NCBI GenBank assembly: GCA_963706325.1
Contig: CAVPLT010000001.1
Span: forward strand, 544,001-608,000
DNA: 64,000 nt
Direction: 5' to 3'
Source: an uncultured Nitrospiraceae bacterium
Lineage (GTDB): Bacteria; Nitrospirota; Nitrospiria; Nitrospirales; Nitrospiraceae
Position 1 is the first letter of the stretch. The number at the start of each line of letters is the position of its first letter. The notes under the pieces are model-generated. The model had not been told where the DNA came from, ran no database searches, and was given only the letters and a program-made list of their open reading frames with translations. This document shows positions 10,981 through 20,512 of this stretch, one piece after another. The position numbers and the translations under genes are program-made.

Positions 10981-11217
10981 CAGGATGGGGAAAAATGCTG
11001 CCGGCTGTGTTCTCGCGAGACACTGCCGCCTCACTATCTCGGCGGCGTTCACAAACGTGACGCGCTTTATTCAGCGCGTCGTGAACCTCCGAGGCTCAAC
11101 GCACCGCCATGGGAAAAGAGCCTGTCCCGTCAGGCTTGGGGTGGGCGGGTAGGAAGGCGTGGCCTCGTCTCCTTGCATCGCAGCGGCCGCCCGCACAGCC
11201 TTTTTTCCCATCCTGCT
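10979..11217. mobile_element. MITE-like intergenic element, long form, opposite orientation
   Basis: TIRs agcaggatggggaaaaatgctg / cagccttttttcccatcctgct; internal hairpins; overlaps the ppk2 TAG stop. Confidence 0.75.
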
Positions 11218-11360
11218 GGTGGATGAGCTGAGGTCCGAAACCCATCGAATCAGGATCTCAATGGCTGTTCGGTCTGACGTCTCGCCGTTCCAATTCCAGC
11301 GCTCATGTGCAGTCCGCAACTATGCTGCCGAAGTGACCTTGTAAATTCCCTTAACCAGGA

Positions 11361-12248
11361 GTGCTCACCATGCACAAATTATGGCCCGTCCTTATCGGTA
11401 ACCTCATGCTGAGCCTCTGTCCCTTCACGGTTCGCGCCGCAGACTTTGAAGGCGTGCTCCATATGTCCACCACCCACCCGGCCACCAACAGTGCTAGCTC
11501 CATGGACTGGTATCTGAAAGGCGATAAGGCGCGTGTGGAAATGTCCCGGGGCGAAGGTCAGGCGAATGTCATGATTTTCGATGCCCAAACCAGGATGATG
11601 CAAATGGCTATGCCTGGGCAGAAGACCTATATGGAAATCAGCATGGCGGGAGAGCGCGGGCAGCATCTGAAGGAAGCGCTTGATAAGCAGACCGTCGAGC
11701 GCACGGGAAAGACCGATAAGATTGCCGGGTATTCCTGTGAGGTCTGGCGCATTACAGACAAAGAGCATGATCGGTTGAAGAACGACATTTGTGTGGCAAA
11801 GGGCTTCGGAAAGGCCGCCACGTTCTGGGTCGATCCGAAGGAGATGCGTCGGTCCTCCCAGCCCAGTTGGGTGAAGCAACTGGTCGAAGAAGGCGGATTC
11901 GGACTGCGGAGTATCCACTACAATGAAGCGGGGAAAGAGTCCTCGCGCATGGAAGTGACGAGCATCGACAAGAAAAGGCTGGATCCCAGCCTGTTTACCT
12001 TTCCCGTCGACTGGGCGAAGCAGGACATGTCGGCGATGCAAGAGCGGATGAAAGTGATGCGTGATCAGAAGGGGCAAGGCGGCGGGGACTTTTCAGAAAT
12101 GGCGGAAGAAATGAAGAAACGCAAGGCCAGCCGGGGCGACCCCCCGGCGGCCGCTGGCGGGAATGCCCCACAAACGGATGTGAAAGAATTGATGAAACAA
12201 TTCGGTGAAATGTTGAAGAATCAGCCGCCGTCGCCAGGCGGACAATAG
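11361..12248 (+). CDS. secreted DUF4412-like protein
   Basis: Signal peptide ending VRA-A; TGKTDKIAGYSCE and LDPSLFTFP patterns. Confidence 0.75.
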   Translation: MLTMHKLWPVLIGNLMLSLCPFTVRAADFEGVLHMSTTHPATNSASSMDWYLKGDKARVEMSRGEGQANVMIFDAQTRMMQMAMPGQKTYMEISMAGERGQHLKEALDKQTVERTGKTDKIAGYSCEVWRITDKEHDRLKNDICVAKGFGKAATFWVDPKEMRRSSQPSWVKQLVEEGGFGLRSIHYNEAGKESSRMEVTSIDKKRLDPSLFTFPVDWAKQDMSAMQERMKVMRDQKGQGGGDFSEMAEEMKKRKASRGDPPAAAGGNAPQTDVKELMKQFGEMLKNQPPSPGGQ

Positions 12249-12382
12249 GTCTGTTGTTCTTTTGGAGAACGAAAAATGCTGAACTTCATGGGCGGGAGGC
12301 GACTAACAAGTTTGTGGCATCTCGTGCGGAAACAGAGATCCCGGTTACACTGGTCCAGTGAACCGATCGCCACCTCAATGAA

Positions 12383-12434
12383 TATACCTAGGTATAATTT
12401 TTGCCTTGACAGAATTTTCTAAGGAGCGTAAGAC
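12383..12434 (+). promoter_or_regulatory. perfect 14-bp palindrome plus sigma70-like promoter
   Basis: TATACCTAGGTATA at 12383-12396; TATAAT at 12393-12398; TTGACA at 12406-12411 with N17 and TAAGAC. Confidence 0.45.
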
Positions 12435-13074
12435 GGAATTGTCACTCTAGACGCTGTGTTCACCGTGACGGGGCCATGAACAGCGCGCGCCTGTTCGGAA
12501 CACCTCGCCACTCCTCAAACCGGGGAGGTTCACAGATGGAAGAACTTACGCCGCCGGACTAGGACGGCCCGCAGAGTTGAGGGCGGTTTTTTCGTCGGTC
12601 GTGTTAGCGGGTTCTTCAATGGCTGGTGCCTCTTGGCACTGTCCGCTATGTCGGATGTAGCCTGTAAAAAAAGAAGAACCAGGCTTAAGCGCGAGGCACA
12701 CCACGTATCCTGGGATCTGACGTCCCCCGACGAAAATTCTGATACCCATTCTTCTCGACCGGGTCTCGACTTCAGTCAAAAATGCATCATGCTTCTAGGC
12801 GTCCCAAGCGCCATCCACGGGCGACCTCCCACCGTAGTGTAGGGTCGCCCGTGGCATTTTGTGCGCCTTCTTCTTCAACGGTTGGTCTATCCCGTATGGT
12901 GGCTTTCCAATCGGTATGGCTATGCGACGACCACTGTCTCTTGGATGCAGGGTCGTGTCTCATGTACAAGAGACATCCAGTGGTTGAGATGGTCGCATCT
13001 TCGCCGATCGTGAAATGAACCCGTCATCGCGCCGATGGCGGGTTGTGACTGCAAATGGAAAAGGGCCGGTAGAA

Positions 13075-13776
13075 TCAGATGCGATCCGGAAAGTCCGAGA
13101 TAATCCCATCGACACCCAGGCCGCGCATACGCTGAAGGTCTGCAGGGTCATTGACAGTGTAGGTGAAAACAAGCCGTCCCAAATTGTGATAGGTCTGAAG
13201 CAATATCGGTGTGACGCTCGAAAAATGTAGACCGACATGAGAGGCCCGCACCGCTACGACATCGGCGACGGGATCTTGAGGAAGGTTGCGCGGCAGCAAG
13301 ACCATGAGCTTGGCCAACGGATCGACCTGTCGAACGCGGTGCAATTCATCCATCATGAATGAGGCGTAGATGAGAGGATCGCGAAACCCGGTACGTTTCA
13401 CGATTGCGCAGGCGTCGTTTCCAATTCCTTCCACTTTGAGCTCGAGAATCATCCCCATATGGCCTGCGGCAATTTCGAGAGCCTCCTCCAGCGTGGGTAT
13501 TCGCTGCCCCTTGCCTGCATCGAGCCGTTGTACTTGCTCAAGGGACATGCCAGCGACAGGCCCGGTTTTATTGGTCGTGCGGTCGATGGTGTCGTCATGC
13601 AGCAGGACGAGATGGCCGTCGTTGGTTTCCCGCAGATCCACTTCGATGAGATCCGCGTGGAAGGATCGGGCTTTCCAGATAGCGGCGAGGGTATTTTCAG
13701 GGGCGTGGCCGGCAGCCCCCCGATGACCAATGCGAAGGGTGGAAGCGATAGCGACCTCGTGTGAAAGGGCTTGCAT
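13075..13776 (-). CDS. glycerophosphodiester phosphodiesterase
   Basis: GHRGA, PENT, E.D, HD, ELK, YTVND and GVDGIISD motifs. Confidence 0.93.
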   Translation of the reverse strand: MQALSHEVAIASTLRIGHRGAAGHAPENTLAAIWKARSFHADLIEVDLRETNDGHLVLLHDDTIDRTTNKTGPVAGMSLEQVQRLDAGKGQRIPTLEEALEIAAGHMGMILELKVEGIGNDACAIVKRTGFRDPLIYASFMMDELHRVRQVDPLAKLMVLLPRNLPQDPVADVVAVRASHVGLHFSSVTPILLQTYHNLGRLVFTYTVNDPADLQRMRGLGVDGIISDFPDRI

Positions 13777-14010
13777 GTCCCACCCCGAGCCGGTATCAAA
13801 CTGTCCGCGGGGGACTTGTTCTTAGCCCCACTTCACTACCATATTTCTCGTATGTCTGCAAAGAATGGGAGAGGAGGCGGTATATCCGGCGAGAGGAAGT
13901 CTGCCGCGGTCGACATATTCATTAGCTCCAGCGGGTAAATAGAGAATCTTCCTCACGTTTCCTTATCGGCGGCTGTTACGGAAGTCGCCAAGGTCAGAAG
14001 GAGGGATACC

Positions 14011-14499
14011 ATGCTTGTTCACGAAGTGATGTCCACCGGTGTCGTAACAGCCCGGCGAACCGACTCCATACTTTCCGTGGTAACTAAGATGCTTAGTCGT
14101 CACTGCGGTGCAATTCCGGTCGTGGAAGACAACGAGTTGCTGATTGGCATGGTGACGCTACGCGATGTGCTTATCCCGCTCTACCCCAATTACGGCGAGT
14201 ACCTTCATGATAACGTCCACAGCCGTGATTTCACTGAAATGGAAGAAGGCTATGCGGATGTGCTCGATCAAAAAGCGGAAGACGTGATGAGCTTGAATCC
14301 TCTGACCGTTTCTCCACGCACGCCGGTTCTCGAAGCAGCCTCCTATATGGGAGTGAAGAATTTTCGCCGGATTCCGGTGGTGGACAAAGGGAAGCTGGTG
14401 GGGATGGTGAGTGTCGGCGACGTCAATCGAGGGCTCTTTTTTACAAGAGGCCATGTACCGATCGAGAGGAATGCGATCACGCAATCTTCCGGACGATAG
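14011..14499 (+). CDS. CBS-pair protein
   Basis: Two CBS repeats (AIPVV..GMVT..D; RIPVV..GMVS..D); strong SD GGAGG. Confidence 0.9.
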   Translation: MLVHEVMSTGVVTARRTDSILSVVTKMLSRHCGAIPVVEDNELLIGMVTLRDVLIPLYPNYGEYLHDNVHSRDFTEMEEGYADVLDQKAEDVMSLNPLTVSPRTPVLEAASYMGVKNFRRIPVVDKGKLVGMVSVGDVNRGLFFTRGHVPIERNAITQSSGR

Positions 14500-14591
14500 C
14501 CGGGTTGCGAGAGCGAACATCCAGCCCGTAGAATAAGATTTCACCGAGGTTAGAAAAGCAGACGGCATGATCCGTCAGCGAAGGAGGTGCG

Positions 14592-14942
14592 ATGGGGTTG
14601 GCCGATCAGTCATGTGTACCTTGCCGCGGCGGGGTTCCTCCCCTGCCGGCAGATCGCACGCAGGCCTTACTGAAAGAATTGGGACATGGGTGGGCTCTGA
14701 ACCCAAATGGACATCTCGAACGCCTCTATACATTCAAGGATTTTTTGCAGTCGTTGGCGTTCGCGAATAAGGTCGGCGCCGTGGCTGAAGCAGAAGGCCA
14801 TCATCCCGATCTCTATGTAGCCTGGGGAAAATGCAAAATCGAGATCTGGACACACAAAATCAACGGACTCACGGAAAGTGATTTTTATCTTGCCGCGAAG
14901 GCAGATCGTGAGTTTGAGCCGTTTCGAGCAGTCGCTGGCTGA
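14592..14942 (+). CDS. pterin-4-alpha-carbinolamine dehydratase
   Basis: AEAEGHHPD, WTH and GLTESDF motifs; SD GGAGGT. Confidence 0.93.
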   Translation: MGLADQSCVPCRGGVPPLPADRTQALLKELGHGWALNPNGHLERLYTFKDFLQSLAFANKVGAVAEAEGHHPDLYVAWGKCKIEIWTHKINGLTESDFYLAAKADREFEPFRAVAG

Positions 14943-14981
14943 TCATTCACCCTGCATGTTGTACGACGGTCGAGGTTTCAC

Positions 14982-16844
14982 ATGAGTGACATGGCCCAGG
15001 TGGCGCTCGTCAACATGCCGTTCAGTTTTTCAAAATATCCATCCATCCAATTGGGGACCCTTTCCACATTGTTGAAGTCGAAGGGGGTCCACGTCGATTG
15101 TCATCACCTCAATGTGCGTTTCGCCCACAAGATTGGGGTGCCCCTCTACGAATTGATTTGTGAGAAACGCGCGCTCTTCGGCGAATGGCTCTTCTCCTAT
15201 CTCCTGTTCCGCGACAACCCCAAACGCGCCGAATATCCCCGGGTGTTCAAGCCGGTGTTCGAACAGATCGCCCGCGAGAGCGGTCATCCGGTCTCGTTCT
15301 TCGAGGAGATGGCCACGCGGACAGCGCCACAGTTCTTGACTGCGGCGATGACGGCCATCGATTGGGGCCAATATAAGATTGTCGGATTTACCTCAACCTT
15401 CGATCAAAACGTGGCCAGCCTGACGATGGCGAAGCTCATCAAGGATTTGTACCCGGACGTGCGAATTGTGTTCGGCGGCGCCAATTATGACGGCGAGATG
15501 GGGCTGGAGTATTTTCGTGCCTTTCCCTTCATCGACCATGTGGTGGTCGGCGAAGGCGAAGTCACCTTTCCGGCGTTGGTAGCCCATGTGTTGAGTGGGT
15601 CGACCGGAGCCTATCCCAAGGGGGTCACCTACCGGCAGGACGGCAAGATCGGCTATGAGCCGAATCCGGCCCTCTTTACCGAATTTGCCGAAACCGGACC
15701 GCCGGACTATGACGATTATTACCATTTGTTGGCTGAACTGGGTACCGAGGCGTCACGTGGTTTGGATCGCATTCTTTTGTATGAAGGATCGCGCGGTTGT
15801 TGGTGGGGCGAGAAGCACCATTGTACGTTCTGCGGCCTGAATGCGCAGAGCATGAAGTTTCGGGCGAAATCATCTGAGCAAGTCGCGCGTGAGATGGCGT
15901 ATTTATCGAGCCGCTACGACACCACGCGCTTTCGTCTCGTCGACAATATCATCGACATGAAATATGTCGAGAATCTCTTCGGCGCTTTTGCGGAAGACCG
16001 CCGCGATCTCGATGTCTTCATCGAAACCAAGAGCAACTTGCAGAAGCACCAGATACGCCTGCTTGCCACCGGCGGGGTGAAATGCATGCAGCCTGGACTG
16101 GAGAGCCTAAGTCAGCCGCAATTGCGCGCGATGGACAAGGGCGTCACTCCGATGCAAAATCTCGTGTGCCTGAAATGGTGCTTCTACTATCACGTGGCTG
16201 TGTCCTGGAACATTCTTCTGGGTTTTCCCGGCGAGACCAACGACGACTACCGCCGCCAGATTGATTTGCTGCCCTCGCTTTTTCATCTGCAGCCTCCTGA
16301 AGCGGCTGGAAGGTTTTGGCTGGAACGGTTTAGTCCGTACTATCTGCGCCCCCAAGAGTATGGCATTCGCATCACCGGCCCGGGGATGCCCTATTCCTAT
16401 GTGTACGATTCCCGGCAGGTGGATCTCGCAAAAATAGCGTACGATTTCGAGTATCAGATAGATCAGTGGCTTGTGGATCCGGAGGTCTATCAGGAATTAG
16501 TCGAGACCGTGCAGGAGTGGCAACGGCGTGCCTCCTCGTCGGACAAACCGTTCCTGTACTATTCGAAAGCCTTTGACTATGTCACGGTGTATGACGGGCG
16601 TACGGCGTCGGCGCCGACGCGGGAACGATTTGACTGGCCTGCCTCGGTGGTCATCGACCAGTGTAATGAAGCGCCCAGGTCCCTGGAGCAAGTGCGAGGG
16701 GCATTGCGGGAATATCCTGACAAGGGTGAAGTTTCGGAGACAGTGTTGCGGGAAGCGCTTGCGCGATTGACGGCAGCACGAATCCTCTACGAAGAGCGAG
16801 GTAAATACTTTACTCTAGCCATTCCGGAGCATCCCTACTGCTGA
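14982..16844 (+). CDS. B12-binding-domain radical SAM protein, RiPP-maturase-like
   Basis: MPF...PSIQLGTL, GFTSTFDQ, SRGCWWGEKHHCTFC (Cx7Cx2C), QPGLES and WNILLGFPGE motifs. Confidence 0.85.
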   Translation: MSDMAQVALVNMPFSFSKYPSIQLGTLSTLLKSKGVHVDCHHLNVRFAHKIGVPLYELICEKRALFGEWLFSYLLFRDNPKRAEYPRVFKPVFEQIARESGHPVSFFEEMATRTAPQFLTAAMTAIDWGQYKIVGFTSTFDQNVASLTMAKLIKDLYPDVRIVFGGANYDGEMGLEYFRAFPFIDHVVVGEGEVTFPALVAHVLSGSTGAYPKGVTYRQDGKIGYEPNPALFTEFAETGPPDYDDYYHLLAELGTEASRGLDRILLYEGSRGCWWGEKHHCTFCGLNAQSMKFRAKSSEQVAREMAYLSSRYDTTRFRLVDNIIDMKYVENLFGAFAEDRRDLDVFIETKSNLQKHQIRLLATGGVKCMQPGLESLSQPQLRAMDKGVTPMQNLVCLKWCFYYHVAVSWNILLGFPGETNDDYRRQIDLLPSLFHLQPPEAAGRFWLERFSPYYLRPQEYGIRITGPGMPYSYVYDSRQVDLAKIAYDFEYQIDQWLVDPEVYQELVETVQEWQRRASSSDKPFLYYSKAFDYVTVYDGRTASAPTRERFDWPASVVIDQCNEAPRSLEQVRGALREYPDKGEVSETVLREALARLTAARILYEERGKYFTLAIPEHPYC

Positions 16845-16882
16845 GCCGGGGCCGGCATTCGCTCACTCCGCGTTTCTCTCGG

Positions 16883-17215
16883 CTACATCGAGAGCTTATC
16901 AGCCACATTCCGCATCTGCACCCCGTGCACGAGTGACGCCCCGCCGCGGATGGCGCAGGCGACATGCACGGCCTCGGTCATCTCTTCGGTGTTCGATCCC
17001 TTTTCGAGGCAGGCCTGTGTGTACGCATCGATGCAGTATGGGCATTGAACGGAATGTGCGACTCCGAGCGCGATGAGGGCCTTCTCGCGTTCGCTCAACG
17101 CCCCTTCCGCAAACACCGCGCTGTAGTAGCTCATGAACTTTTCCCACAAGGCCGGATTGCCTTTCCCCATGTCTGCAAATTTGCCGAGATCCTTCGAGTG
17201 ATAGTAGCAATCCAT
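16883..17215 (-). CDS. AhpD/carboxymuconolactone decarboxylase-like protein
   Basis: GALSEREKALIAL and QCPYC motifs; ATG 17215 chosen. Confidence 0.85.
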   Translation of the reverse strand: MDCYYHSKDLGKFADMGKGNPALWEKFMSYYSAVFAEGALSEREKALIALGVAHSVQCPYCIDAYTQACLEKGSNTEEMTEAVHVACAIRGGASLVHGVQMRNVADKLSM

Positions 17216-17303
17216 GGAAGACCTCACAGGATGAGTATTCGGGTGGGCGCTCACGAGAGCCGGCCTGTACGCGTCGGGGGTTACACGCCGTGCGCTGATA
17301 TGA

Positions 17304-17573
17304 CTATGCGTTTCCTTGGGGAGGAGAATCAGTCTGGCTCAGATCTTCTGAAAATCGATGGCCCACAATCGTGGTGACCTTGTTCATCAACTCGCCGAGC
17401 TCTTTCCATTCGTCCGCGCTGAGATCCGCCTTAATTTGAGGGTGAATACCCCATTCGGCATTCACGAGTTGTCCTTTGCGCGAGACATGGACGTGCAACA
17501 ATTCGACATCCCAGACATCCTGAGTTTTTGATGATGATCCGCTAGGTTTCTGTGGGGGAACTTGGGTTGCCAT
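17304..17573 (-). CDS. hypothetical protein
   Basis: AAGGAG SD, 89 aa with globular composition. Confidence 0.65.
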   Translation of the reverse strand: MATQVPPQKPSGSSSKTQDVWDVELLHVHVSRKGQLVNAEWGIHPQIKADLSADEWKELGELMNKVTTIVGHRFSEDLSQTDSPPQGNA

Positions 17574-17700
17574 GGCCTGGATACTCCTTCACGCTCATGT
17601 GAGAGGGGCATGATACCTCATCGATCGCAGTACTGTACATGGGAGCGGCCGGATCTGTTGATCTCGCCATCTCGCGCTCAGAACGGGAGAGTGAGAAACG

Positions 17701-18516
17701 TTAGGGCTGCCCGAAGCGTGGCTGGAGGCCATTCAGTAATTGATCGTGGATAAGACCGTTCGTAGCGACGAGTTCCTGCCCGTAAAGAGAGAACTGCCCT
17801 TTCGTAAACCCAGAGACGAGTCCGCCTGCCTCTCGGAGAATCACAATTCCCGCCGCCATGTCCCAAGGGCTGAGGGTGACTTCCCAATAGCCGTCGAAGC
17901 GGCCGGCCGCGACATAACAAAGATCCAACGCGGCTGAACCAGTGCGGCGTACGGCCTGTGCGCGGAGAGAAAGGCGCGCAAAGTGATCCAGATTATTGTG
18001 TTGCGTCTCGCGAATGTTGTACGGAAAGCCGGTCACCAGCAAGGACTTGTCGAGAGTGTCAATCGTCGAGACGCGGAGAAGCTCGCCGTTCATGCGGGCT
18101 CCCTGCCCCGCCACAGCGGTGAACAATTCGTGGCGTACGGGGTCCAGGACGACACCTAACATGCACTCACCGTCATACTCGAGTCCGATCGAGACAGAGT
18201 AGAACGGAAATCCGTGCGCGAAATTGGTCGTTCCGTCAAGGGGATCGATGATCCATTGGTACTGCGAATTGGCCGTTCCGTCCTGACCCCGCTCTTCAGC
18301 CAGAATGCGATGCGAGGGATATGCAGCCAGAAGTGTTTGAACAATGCAGTCTTCGGCTCGGCGATCTGCATCGGTCACAAGGTTGATGGCGGATTTATAT
18401 TCGATGCGAAATCCTGAACGCGCATGTTCGCGAAGCACAATTCCTGCTGCCTGGGCGGCTCGGACTGCGGTTTCGAGCAAAGTGGAACAGTCTGAAAGTG
18501 ATGGGACATTCATCAT
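17701..18516 (-). CDS. suhB: inositol monophosphatase
   Basis: LVT.AD, AEE, WIIDPLDGTTNF, RRTGSAA and WDMAAG motifs. Confidence 0.93.
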   Translation of the reverse strand: MMNVPSLSDCSTLLETAVRAAQAAGIVLREHARSGFRIEYKSAINLVTDADRRAEDCIVQTLLAAYPSHRILAEERGQDGTANSQYQWIIDPLDGTTNFAHGFPFYSVSIGLEYDGECMLGVVLDPVRHELFTAVAGQGARMNGELLRVSTIDTLDKSLLVTGFPYNIRETQHNNLDHFARLSLRAQAVRRTGSAALDLCYVAAGRFDGYWEVTLSPWDMAAGIVILREAGGLVSGFTKGQFSLYGQELVATNGLIHDQLLNGLQPRFGQP

Positions 18517-18715
18517 GTGGTGCGATTTCGCATTCTACCATGAGTCGCAGCGAGACGTGCTTGAAACATCAATGAATGTCAGGCAGCGCATCGTAACTAA
18601 TTGATAAATATAGATATGGTAAACGCTTGTTCTTGGATGGCAAGGCTTTGTTTGAAATTGAATGCACTCTAGTTATACATGCATAGCGTGCGATCAAAAA
18701 GTAATGAGCGATGAC

Positions 18716-18758
18716 TTGACAGAAATCAGTTGCTTTGCTATAAAGCAAGTATGCTTTA
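18716..18758 (+). promoter_or_regulatory. sigma70 promoter overlapped by an inverted repeat
   Basis: TTGACA at 18716-18721, N17, TATAAA at 18739-18744 preceded by TGC; inverted repeat TTGCTTT-N5-AAAGCAA at 18730-18748 plus a half-site at 18752. Confidence 0.6.
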
Positions 18759-18772
18759 TTGAGGACTTGCTT

Positions 18773-19282
18773 GTGGAAGAGTTGACAGACATTCTGGTGG
18801 GTCTCGAGCAGCGGATCAGCGCTTATCGGAATCGCTATCAGGAGCTTGAGAAAAAACGACGGCGACTCGATGACGAGATCGCCATGATCAGGAAGTATCT
18901 GGAGTTGGCGGAAACTCTTTACCGAGTGGAAGCAGACAAGGCGAAGCTGGCCAGTCTTTCCAGCCAGATTATTACCGATGAGAAAGGTGTCCGTCCCCTT
19001 CCTGTGACGGACGTCACGGATCAATCGCGCGAAATTCTGCTTGGGAAAAGCAAGTATGTTGGGAAGAGTGTTCCAGAAGCCGCGTATGTCATTCTTAAAG
19101 AAGCGAGTCGGCCTATGCACGCCAAGGAGTTATTGCAACGCTTGCTAGAGGGCGGCTTGCAGATCAAAGGAAAGACGCCATTGACCTCGGTGGCGACTTC
19201 ATTGAAGCGAGATAAACGGTTTCAGAAGGTCGGCCCGAACACATTTGCGGTTATGACTCAAGAATTGACAGCGGTCGTGTAA
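18773..19282 (+). CDS. coiled-coil plus HARE-HTH (winged helix) protein
   Basis: EAAYVILKE..RPMHAKEL...GKTP...F pattern; GAGGA SD before GTG 18773, downstream of the promoter. Confidence 0.75.
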   Translation: MEELTDILVGLEQRISAYRNRYQELEKKRRRLDDEIAMIRKYLELAETLYRVEADKAKLASLSSQIITDEKGVRPLPVTDVTDQSREILLGKSKYVGKSVPEAAYVILKEASRPMHAKELLQRLLEGGLQIKGKTPLTSVATSLKRDKRFQKVGPNTFAVMTQELTAVV

Positions 19283-19334
19283 CGGGCGGAAGCAGTTCAC
19301 GTCAACTTTAAAAGTGTGAAGGGAGGTGAGAGTC

Positions 19335-19391
19335 TTGGCAACGAAGAAGGCAGCGAAGAAACCAGCGAAGAAGACCGCAAAGAAGAAGTAA
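19335..19391 (+). CDS. 18-aa Lys/Ala-rich peptide MATKKAAKKPAKKTAKKK
   Basis: SD GGAGGTG, TTG start, TAA stop, followed by a terminator; below the ORF-track size cutoff. Confidence 0.65.
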   Translation: MATKKAAKKPAKKTAKKK

Positions 19392-19408
19392 GTCCCACCT
19401 GGATTTAC

Positions 19409-19446
19409 ACGCCGGAGGTAAGGCCACTTATCTCCGGCGTTTTTTT
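19409..19446 (+). terminator. intrinsic terminator
   Basis: acgccggaggtaag-gcca-cttatctccggcgt followed by a T run. Confidence 0.85.
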
Positions 19447-19537
19447 ATGTCCTGATCCCCCTGTCGACGAGGAGGAGTGACATGGAGGGATGGCGCACGG
19501 CCGAGCGATTGCGAGATACGGCTGTTGAAAGGGTGGG

Positions 19538-20464
19538 TTAGACAGCGAGAGACGGAGCAGGGCGATGTAGTCCCAGGGACAAGCGCGATTCTGGCGCAGG
19601 GGCTGAATGTTCCGCTGTGATAAGTGCCCATTTGTCACGCTGGGAGAGGATTTGTTCGACGAGCCGAGTGTGCATTGCGTGACCGGAGCGTTCAGCAACA
19701 ATGTGGCCGATGAAGGGGAAGCCGAGAAGAGCAATATCGCCAATTAGGTCAAGCACTTTGTGGCGAACAAATTCGTTGGGGAAACGAAGGCCGGATTGAT
19801 TGACGACACCGTCGTCCGACAAGACCACCGTGTTATCGAGGGTTCCGCCTTTTCCGAGTCCTCGTGACCACAATGCTTCGACCTCATGCAGAAATCCAAA
19901 AGTCCGAGCAGTCGCGATGTCCTGTTCGAATGCCGAAGCAGAGCAGGTGTGGGTGTAGGACTGGGTTTGGATTAATGGATGATCGTAGTGTATGGAGTAT
20001 GTGATCTTCGGCGTTGAGGAAGGCTCGATTCTTACGCGGCGAGCCCCATCTACGACTTCAATGGGTTGTGTGATTTTCACATAGGATTGTCGACGGGCCT
20101 GTGGAATCACACCGGCCATTTTGATCAGGCGAACAAAAGGGCTGGCGCTTCCATCCAGAACAGGGACTTCTCCCGCGTCGACTTCCGCGTATACGTTATC
20201 GACTTCCATACCGACCAAGGCGGCCAAAAGATGCTCGATAGTCTTGACCTGTTGCCCATTTACGCAGATGGCCGTGCAGAGTTCTGTCGGCACTTTATTG
20301 GATACCGCGGCGGGAAGAAGCGTTTCTTCCGACCCCTTACGGTATATGAAGACAATACCAGTGTTGGGGGGCGCTGGACGGAGAGTCAGCGTGACGGGTT
20401 GGCCTGAATGGAGCCCGACGCCTGAACAGGAAACTGGAGAACCGATCGTTTGCTGAAACCGCAC
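19538..20464 (-). CDS. lpxC: UDP-3-O-acyl-N-acetylglucosamine deacetylase
   Basis: QQTI, GVGLHSG, TIEHLLAAL, ARTFGF and HKVLDLIGD motifs. Confidence 0.97.
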   Translation of the reverse strand: MRFQQTIGSPVSCSGVGLHSGQPVTLTLRPAPPNTGIVFIYRKGSEETLLPAAVSNKVPTELCTAICVNGQQVKTIEHLLAALVGMEVDNVYAEVDAGEVPVLDGSASPFVRLIKMAGVIPQARRQSYVKITQPIEVVDGARRVRIEPSSTPKITYSIHYDHPLIQTQSYTHTCSASAFEQDIATARTFGFLHEVEALWSRGLGKGGTLDNTVVLSDDGVVNQSGLRFPNEFVRHKVLDLIGDIALLGFPFIGHIVAERSGHAMHTRLVEQILSQRDKWALITAEHSAPAPESRLSLGLHRPAPSLAV

Positions 20465-20496
20465 AGTGCCTCCTCTGTGATGTAACTCCTTTACCT

Positions 20497-20512
20497 AGCA
20501 ATGCTTGTGCCA
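20497..20512 (-). promoter_or_regulatory. sigma54 -24/-12 promoter of lpxC
   Basis: Minus strand reads TGGCAC-AAGCA-TTGCT, about 30 bp upstream of the start codon. Confidence 0.75.
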
